From Lama glama (lineage: Eukaryota), in the NCBI GenBank assembly GCA_028534125.1, contig CM052816.1, positions 84,012,001 through 84,076,000 on the forward strand: a DNA stretch of 64,000 bases. Direction: 5' to 3'. How positions within the stretch are numbered: position 1 is the stretch's first letter; every line of letters begins with the position of its first letter. The position numbers were made by a program, and so were the translations under genes. This document shows positions 55,223 through 64,000 of the stretch, in pieces. Below the pieces are notes generated by a model. That model saw only the letters and a program-made list of their open reading frames with translations. It made no database searches and had not been told where the DNA came from.

Positions 55223-56269
55223 CTGTAAATCTTAATTATATTAAAAAGTCTTTTGTAAAGAACTTTTGTAGTTGTTGTTTCTAAAGCACTTAATTTCAAA
55301 GAATGAAAGAAATTATATATTTTATAAAATTTCAGGTTAATTTAAGTTTTAAAAAGAGTGAGAGAGAAAGAGAGTAGTTTTCAAATTTCAAAAACAAAAT
55401 TATCCATTTCTTGATAAAGCTTTTCTCTCGTGTCAAAATAAAGATACTTAAACTTTCTCTCTCACTTCCATAGGAAGGGATTTTTATTCCAGAGAGAAGT
55501 TTCTGGCATTTTCCTTTTTCACTAAAAAGAAACTATTCTTGTATTATTTACCTGATTTTCACAGCACCAGGACCCAGAATAATCAGTCATTCACCAGAAT
55601 GACCAAGTGCTGTAACGAGGCCTTCTACTGCTGCTGTCTGTCAAGAATGGAATCATTTTTTGACGTAGAGAAGCAAGCAAGAAAGAAAATGAAATGCCTG
55701 CCCTTTAACATTTCAGAACTGGGAAACTGATTCACTCTGCCCTATTCCAGTTAAATGTAATAGATGTATTTTTGTACATGTTCAATCCACCGAGCTTCTG
55801 ATGGACATGCCTTTAAAATACTCCTATAAATAGAATGTGTTCTTCCTTTCTGTTTATTTCCTTAGAATGGCAGCTTAATGAGATTGAGACCATTTCTCTG
55901 GAGATCAGGTGCTAGTTCAATAAGATTAATGAACATTATCAAAGCTTAGTTTGATATTTTAAAAAATGATAATAATCCATTTATTTGTGTATTTATGTAT
56001 TTATTTATTTATAACCACTATCCATGGAATTCTACTCCATAATCAATCAATTCTAGTTCCTCAGGCTTGATTGAGGGCAACTGTAGACTTTAAAATATGA
56101 TCAGTACCATATTTGTTCTAGTTTTTCTAATATTCAGCTCTAATAATACTGCACATTTCTTCATCTCAATAGTTAATTCTAAAAAATCATTATTCTTTCT
56201 TTATTCACTATTATTAGGCTCTCAATAATTGTCTTCCTATTCTGTCTATTTGTTATTAATGCGTATATA

Positions 56270-56670
56270 CATAGAGAGAGAGAGGGAGAGAGAGAGAAAG
56301 AGAGAGAATTGACTTTATTGCAAGGAATTGGCTTTTTCAATAGATAAGGAAGATGGCTAGGCAAGTCTAAACTCCACAGGGCAGGCTGTCAAAAGGGCAG
56401 ACTGGACCTCTGAGGCATGAGGTACAGCTCCGTCCACAGGCAGAATTTCTTCTTCCTTCCAAGAAGCCTTAGTTCACTCTTAGGGCTTCTCTACTAATTG
56501 AATCTGGCACACACGGATCTGTTGGATGATACCCTTAAAGGTAACTGATTAAGAAAAGTAATCTTGAGATTAATTAAGAATCACATCTACAAAATACCAT
56601 CACAAACAAGAGTTTGAATGACTCAGAATCATAGCCCAGCTACGCTGACGCATAAAATGATCAGCATTGT
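56270..56670 (-). mobile_element. MLT2 (ERVL) LTR
   Basis: (GA)n, then 'aaggaattggct…ggcaagtctaaa…cagggcaggc…ccacaggcagaatttcttctt…aatcacatctacaaaatacc…tagcccagc..tgac.cataaaa'. Confidence 0.8.
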
Positions 56671-56684
56671 TAACATGTAAACCG

Positions 56685-57074
56685 GTATCAGTTTGCTAGG
56701 GCTGCCATAACCAAATACCACAGATTGGATGGTTTAAACAACACAGGTTATTTACTCTTAGTTTCGGAGGCTGTGAAAGATCAAGGTGGTGCAGGTCTGT
56801 TTTCTCCTGAGGCCGCCCTTCAGCCCTGGAGATGGCTACCTTCTGGATGTGTCCTCACTAGCCCTTTCTCTGTGTCTCTATCCATAGTGTTTCTTTTTCT
56901 ATGTCCTATTCTCTTAAGAACACAGGTCAGATTGGATTAAAGCTCTATCCAAGGACCTCATTTAACTTTTTACCTTTTTTAAAGGCTCTATCTTCAAATA
57001 CAGTCACATTTTAAGATACTGGGGTTACGACTTCAGAATATGAATTTGAGAAGTACTCAATTCAGTTAATAACA
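56685..57074 (-). mobile_element. MLT1A/B-type LTR
   Basis: 'gtttgctagggctgccataaccaaataccacagattggatggtttaaacaaca…caaatacagtcacatt'. Confidence 0.85.
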
Positions 57075-57698
57075 GTTCATTCTTTTCCCATGGAAATATT
57101 CTAATTTAAAACATACACAGTAGTGGCATTTAAAAAATGTACATCTGTCTTCAACTTGTTAAGGTATAAGTGAATTTTATTTATAATATTCTTGTTTTTT
57201 CCACAACCATTTTTTGGTTTGTTTAATGCTTATGCTAAAATCAAAGGATGAATATTGCTATTTTATCTGCTACTTTGCTCTACAACAAATCAAAGAACAA
57301 ACCAACTGAATGTTCTATATTCTAGGTTCTGAAATGCTTGAAACCTACAATCTTCAAAAATTTCTTATAATTAAGCAGTTAGACCATTTTGTAACTGCTC
57401 TTTATGAAGGCATATTGATCCTGTACTCAATTTTTTAATGAATATTATATATTTAAGGTTTCTTTTTCTAGAATCAATTTCAAAAATTTATATTTCTACT
57501 TAAAATAATCTAACTTCTTTACATTAAAAATAATCTAATGCAAGTATTAGTAATTTTCCCATGTATTTTAATTTCTTCTGGATTAATATTTTAGCCTTTT
57601 TTATAATATCATGTATATTATGTCTTTTTTCAGTTGATGGAATTTGCCAATAATTTGTATAATCCAGTTAATATTTATAGTAAAGATGTCTTTTGGAT

Positions 57699-58112
57699 TG
57701 TGAAGGAAAAGCTGGGCTGGGCTAACAAGATAACTCACAAATCTAAGTATTGGAATACTGATCTGAGTTCTGCTGGACTAACTTGTAAATCTAAGTTAAT
57801 TAGTGTTGGTTTGCTGTTCATGTTTTTTTGCTAGCCAGCTGGATTTTCAAAGATACATATCTGGCTTTGGAATGTTGGTTTGCTGCCTCCCCACCGCCAC
57901 TTTTGTGATGATAATGCTGCTAAAGCTGTTCCATGCCTATTGGCCGAATACCCCAAGTTTGTACTTTACCCTATAAAACCTCATGCGCACGTCTTGGAGG
58001 TGCTCAGAGCTTCGGAGCAGAAGCCCCTCTGAACCCGCCGGCGTAATACATCTGAGTACTCCAACCCTCCGAGTGGTGCTTGTTTCTTGACTGGCCTGTC
58101 GTTTCCGTAACA
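57699..58112 (+). mobile_element. Young ERV1-class solo LTR (414 bp), same family as 11002-11419
   Basis: TG…CA termini, ATTGG at 57939, TATAAAA at 57972 and a poly(A)-signal variant AATACA at 58045. The flanks ggat/gatt form an imperfect TSD. Confidence 0.9.
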
Positions 58113-58119
58113 GATTCAC

Positions 58120-58225
58120 AGGGAATTTTTCTATGAAGGTGACATGTGACTTTGGAGCCTAAGGAGTCCCACAATCCGCCGTCCACAGGCTGGAGTGCCA
58201 GGAGCACTGGTGATGCAGTTCTGGA
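58120..58225 (-). mobile_element. MLT2 LTR fragment
   Basis: 'agtcccacaatccgccgtccacaggctggag…ggtgatgcagttc'. Confidence 0.6.
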
Positions 58226-59779
58226 ACCTACCATACTTGAGCCTTTTGGAAAGGTATCCTTGCTAATTTATTCTGGGACAAAGTCTCTCGATACAGAAAA
58301 TAGTAAGGGGTAACTGGCACAATATTAATCAAACTCATAATTAACTGCAAGACACCCTTCTGTAGTTTCCCAGATCATGTTTCTTGATCTGAGGCATTTA
58401 AGGGCATTTGAAATCACACTATTTTGAAGTTTCTTAATTTTGCCTACACTGAGTTGCAGAAGCTTCAGATGAGGCTTATCCTCTAAGGGCAATCTGATCC
58501 TGTTGACTCTGTATTCTTCAGAAGTAACTCAGTAATTTATTCTTACAGGGGAATCCTCTTGGTTTCTCTGGACCTCCAAGACGTTAGTTGGTTTATTTAC
58601 TTTATGTTGTGGTTATTCTGTAATTTCAATGTGATTATAGAAGAAAGAACAGATTAACCCATGACATTAGTTGGCTATTTTGAACCCCTAAATCTCATAT
58701 TCCTTTTAGGTAATATTATCACAGTGAGAGAACAGAAGAAACAGTTAATAGCAATCAGGGTTTAATAGATGATTACAGTTTTCTGAATTATAGTTGGAAT
58801 CAATCATATAATAGCAGTTGAACTCTAATCCCTATTAGAAAGAATTGTACATTCTTAAATGTAATTATTTTAACTTTATTATGATTAATTTTAATAAAGT
58901 CACATACCAGCTTTCTGGAATCCAGTTTATCACTAATTAAAATGAAAAGTATGATTATTGTATCCACAGTAAAAGTGCTTTTAAAAAATTAAGCACTTTA
59001 AAATTAAGCAAGAAAAAATACACTAATAAAGTGAATGTGAATTTTATTAGTAAATAAGAAAAGTTAATTGGTTTGAAATAAATTAGAACTAGACATACCT
59101 TAGATTTAAATTGAGGATAGAATAGAAATCCCATGGAGAATGGGATTAATTTACAAGCTAATATGGTGGTTTATACAATTTACAACTTGAATGTGAGTGA
59201 AAAATCACCTGGCTTTCTTCTTAAAATGTGCAACCCAGGTCCTTATTTCCAAATATCTTATTGAGATACTTAAGAAAATAAATTCCTAACAAGAATCCCC
59301 AAGTAATACATTGTAATATAATTATCATACCCAGGAGATTTAAGACTAATATTAAAATGTTCTTTAAATATGTGTGTCATATAGTCAATATAACAATTTC
59401 CCCAAATGTCCCACTGAATATTTTCTCCATCCTTTTTATTTGTTTGTTAATTTTGATCCAAGATCTAATAAAAAAATCATGGATTGGATTTGCTACTGTG
59501 TCTCACTTGTCTGCTCTAATCTAGAACAGCCCATGTTCCTTTTATTTGTATAACACGGAGGTTTTTGAAGTTGTGGCCATGAGAATCTTCTTCCCTTATC
59601 CCCAAATCCCAGGAATGAATTTGACTAAGGGCTCCAAATACACCACTCTGAAGTTGATCTCTGTGATGACACCGAGATCACAGCTCTCCCTCCAGCAGAT
59701 TCATGGAAGACATAGAACTCTTCCCTAGAGCTGATGTAGCAAAGTTCCTTTATTTTACATTCTTGATATTGACAATTTC

Positions 59780-61150
59780 CCATTCTTTTCATGAAAAATT
59801 CTTCTCTCTTGTTTTAATGGTCACTATAACTAGAGGTTTGTCCATTTTACTGAACTTTTCAAAGATTATGTTTTTACTTGCATTTAATTTTGTCTATTGA
59901 TTTTCTGTTTTTAATTCTGTTAACTTCTTATTTAGTTTTTATTCTGTTCTTCATTCTACTTGCTTTGGGTTTAGTTTGCTTTACTGTTCTTTAAAATAGA
60001 AGATTAGATTATTCTTCTGAGACATTTCTTTTTTTCTAATGTAAATATTTAATACTATGAATTACACTAAAAGCACTGCTTTTGCTGTATCTCACATATT
60101 TTGACATGTTATATTTTTATCTCTTTTATGTACAAACAATTTTTAGACTTCTTCTTTAACCCTGGGTTATTTAGAAGTCAGATGCTTAATTTTTAAATAT
60201 TTCAGAATTTTTAGGATACATTTGTCATTGATTTGTAGTTAAATTCCATTATGCTATTAAAATAGAGTTATTTCCACTTCAAATTGGTTGAGTTTTATTT
60301 TTTAATGGTCTATTTTATGGTCTAGCTTGATAAATGTTCAATCTTATTTGAAAATAATTTGTATTCTGCTATTGTTGGGTGAATTTTTCTGTAAACGTCA
60401 ATTAGGACTATTCGGTTGATAGTATTCAAGTCTTCTATATTCTTACTGATTTTCTGTCTACTTGTTTTATCAGTTACTAAGAGAGGATTTTTGAGGTCTC
60501 CAATTATAATGTTAGACTGGCCAACTTGTTTTACTAACATCCATTTTTATCTTATTTATTTTAATGCTCTATTATTAGGGACACACACATTTACAGTCAT
60601 TATGTCTTCTTGGAGAATTGACCATTAATGATGGTATGTCCCATTTCATTCCTGATAGTATCTCTTGTTCTGGAGCGTACTTATTCTGATATTAACAATA
60701 GGTAGTCCAGATTTTGAGAGATATTTTCATGGTATATCTTTCTCCATTTTTTTTTTTTTTTACTTTTAGCTTTTCTTTATCAGTATATATTAGCTGTATT
60801 TCTTATAGATGGTATGGAATTGGATTTTCTTATTTAATTCAGTCTGACAATTGCAGTCTTTAGAAAGTTATATTTAATTCATTCATATGTAATGTGATTA
60901 TAGATGTAGTTGGCTCAGAAGTTTACTAATTTATAGCTGTTTTCAACTCATTTTATTTATCTTTAGATAGTCTTGTTCTGCCTTATTTTGCATTAAGTGA
61001 ACATTATCTATAATATCATTTTTCCTTTATACATATCTTAAAAAGTTTGTAGTGACTTCCTTAGAGTTTAAAATATACATTGTTATATCTTTAACATACT
61101 TTCAGTTAATTAGGTTCTACCTTCAAATGATATTTTGTTTCAATTGTCAA
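59780..61150 (-). mobile_element. Old L1 ORF2 endonuclease region
   Basis: The minus-strand translation 'IIIGDLKNPL…DKTSRQKISKNIEDLNTIN…LIDVYRKIHPTIAEY.LFS' is the L1 EN domain. Confidence 0.9.
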
Positions 61151-63461
61151 ATAAGGTTCTTAAAATTGGCTTTAAAATGCCCTCAGGCCAGAGTATTACT
61201 GTTCTTTCAGGTTAAGGCTTTTGTTTAGTGGTGGAAATAAAAGGGAAGGCTTCAGATGTACATACTTGTCCCACCTTGTGGCTGTGCTCCCTTCTCCAGT
61301 CTACAACACAATAAGCACTTCTTAGTATCTTTCAGACCTTTGCTATGAAAAGGCATATGGGGTTCCTGAAGAAAGAATCCTCCAGGGCATGCAGGCTCCC
61401 CCAGGTTCTTCAGTGCAGGGTTGCTGCACATGGTGTTGCCAGCCTGCACTCATCCTTCTTCAAGTTGTCTGCTATTCCAGCCAAACTCTTCTTCCCAGCG
61501 TCCTGCTGTGTCAACCAATTTTGTTTTGTGCTGTGTTGTTTTAAGAACGTGTGTTTTATCTGTATATGACAGTACTATTGCACTATTTGGAACGTTAGTG
61601 ATGTCACTTTCTAAGAAAGACAACTTCAGTTCTGACTCCGACAAATTTTAAATTTTTAAGCATGTATTAACTGCTTGAATTTTCACATAGTAGAAAATGT
61701 CACACTCAAAATATTTTATGATGAGACACCTTTGGAATAAAATACCGTTGGAATATTGTAAACAAAGTTTTAACACATTAAGCAGGAAGTTTTTAAACAG
61801 AAGTACTTAGCAAATTCCTCACAACTTTGCATAGCCATAAATGCGTATCTCACTTAGAATGATTACTTCTGTCCTAGAACAGTCCTGTGCTGAGAGCTAT
61901 TCCATTATTGAAATAGCTGCAAATCAATGTGTTATTGGGGATGTATAGCTAGTTGTATATTCACATTGTCAGTATGTTTTATAATAAATGCTCAAGGACT
62001 TAAAATTATTACAGCTAAGTGGTTTGCCCTTGAAATTCAGGGATGACTGTTATGTATTTTGATTCTTATATTTTATATAGTAGTAAGTTCATTTGGTTCA
62101 GAATCCTAAACGTTTCCAAATGACTACAGTTCTTCCAATGCTAAGCAGTTTGGGAAATTGCCTTGGATCTCATTTTTCTTAATTACTCATCATCTATACT
62201 ATGCCATCCAGACAAGAGAACAGTGAAGTAAAAAAGCATTGTTGACTTTTTTGGTTACATAAAAAGTCTTCCTACTAGCGTTTATTGATATGGATTTTTT
62301 TTTAAGTGCAAGCACTAAAATCATTGAGAGTATAAGATAACATGTCTTAAATTCTGTTGTTTCTGTTAGATAGCCTCTGCTATAGAAATTCTGTTTTGAA
62401 TGATAGTCACAAAAATCCACAAAATCAGATGTATAAAACTTTATATGCATTAGAATATATTAGCTCAAATTTAGCTTAAACCTGATTTTAGAAAAATTAC
62501 AGTGCCTAACGGAAAGTCAAGTTAAAGCTTGTTGTAACTTGTGATAAAAACAAAAGATCATATGTTCGTACCATTCTACACTTCGTACTATGTAGGGCAT
62601 GGGATTTCTAATACTCTTCGTATCTTTGGCTTAATCTCATAAAGGTAGCATTAAAATGTTCAGTAATTTTTCAGAAAGATTAACAACGTAAAACAACATA
62701 CATGTTAATATATGATCTAGGATTTACTAAAGGAAAGATGAACTCCCTTTCTGAAACTTAGTGACTATTGATTTATTCAATCCAAATGAAATTAAAATTT
62801 TAGGATGCAGTTCAGTCAAATGAGTTCAGTTTCCCTTACTTTCTCTATTCAGTGTAAGCTAAATATTTAAGTATAAACTCCACTGTCTTTCGTCTGGTGA
62901 TAATGTGTTAGACACAATGGTGTTCCACCAACTCAGTCTATTCAGCCCCACTATTTTCCTGGCCTTCTTTCATCTAGGGGAAGTGGTGTAGCATGTGTCC
63001 AACAATGAGATGAAAACAAGTCACTGAGTCAAGCTTTTGGGAATGTTTGAAGAATGGCGAGGCCCACAGGCATGCAAGTATGCTTTTGCACTTAGACACT
63101 TAATGTTTTTTCCACCCTTTCCCTTTTATGCTTAGAAAAATGGCAGGTTGTCAGATCATCTGCCATTCTATGAATTGGAGAATAGAATCCACATGTTAAA
63201 GATGACGGAGCAGGAAGAGAATATACCTGGGCAATGGTCAGGAGCTATCTTTTTAATAATGGCTTACAACAACACTCCTGAGAGAGAAGTGGAGGATAAG
63301 AGGGACTGACAATAAAGAATGTTCTTTTATGTTTCTCTCCCTTGTTTGCACCCTTTCTTTCAGAAAGAACACCATCATAGGATAATGTGCTCAAAAAATA
63401 CTCAATATTTTTAGATAATTTATTCAATATGCTTTACAGAAGAAGAAAAAAATACACTGCA

Positions 63462-64000
63462 TGCTATGGTTCATAGAATTGTACGAATATCTCCCCAAGA
63501 TTTTCTGTTCCCTAGTGATTCAATGAAACCTTAATATAGGTACCGCTGTGAAGAGACTTTGCTCACGGAATTAAGGTTACTAATCCATTGATTTATAGTA
63601 GGAAGATTATCCTGGATTATCTGGGTGGACCTAATGTAATCACATAAGCCCTGAAAGCCAAAGAGGTGAACAGAATAGTTAGCCAAAGATATGAGGCTAG
63701 AGAGATTTGAAGAATTAAAGAGTCTTGACCCACTCTTGCTGGTTTGAAGATGGAGGAATGGGGCCAGGACCCAAGGAAGGCTAGCAGCCTTGAGAAACTG
63801 GGAAAGACCCTTATTCTGGGCCAACAGAGAGCAAGAAAACAAGGATTTTAGCCCTAAAACCACAAGGAAGTGAATCCTATCAACCACTTACATAATCATG
63901 GAAGTGGATTCTCCCTTAAAGTCTCCAGAAAGGAGCACAGCCCTGCTGGTGCCTTGACTTTAGCCTTCTGAGACTCCAGCAAGCTAGGCTTCAGACTGAC
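63462..64000 (+). mobile_element. MLT1D/E-type LTR (runs off the window)
   Basis: 'agattatcctggattatctgggtggacctaatgtaatcaca…tgctggtttgaagatggagg…ggaagtggattctccc…gccttgactttagcc'. Confidence 0.85.

Noticed and set aside
55557..55578. REST/NRSE-like 'cagcaccaggac'
   Set aside because: Wrong spacing and a poor right half-site.

Overview
This is AT-rich mammalian genomic DNA, either a gene desert or the intron of a large gene. It is most likely camelid: there is a tRNA-derived vic-1-like SINE and a cetartiodactyl-type L1 3' end (…GCTGTACACCAGAAATTGACAC…), and I saw no Alu, BovB/Bov-tA or PRE1. I found no protein-coding gene. The listed ORFs are chance ORFs, microsatellite translations or L1 remnants. 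The window is a mosaic of interspersed repeats: young and old L1, L2, MIR, many MaLR/MLT LTRs, ERV1/ERVL solo LTRs and a MER20 DNA transposon. It also holds microsatellites and a 500-N assembly gap. The most notable items are two ~94%-identical young solo LTRs in inverted orientation 46 kb apart, a MER20 split in three by two L1s, a twin-primed L1, local GC/CpG-enriched patches and several palindromes. I see no evidence for a novel biological system. Subfamily names come from remembered consensus sequences, and boundaries of old repeats are approximate.
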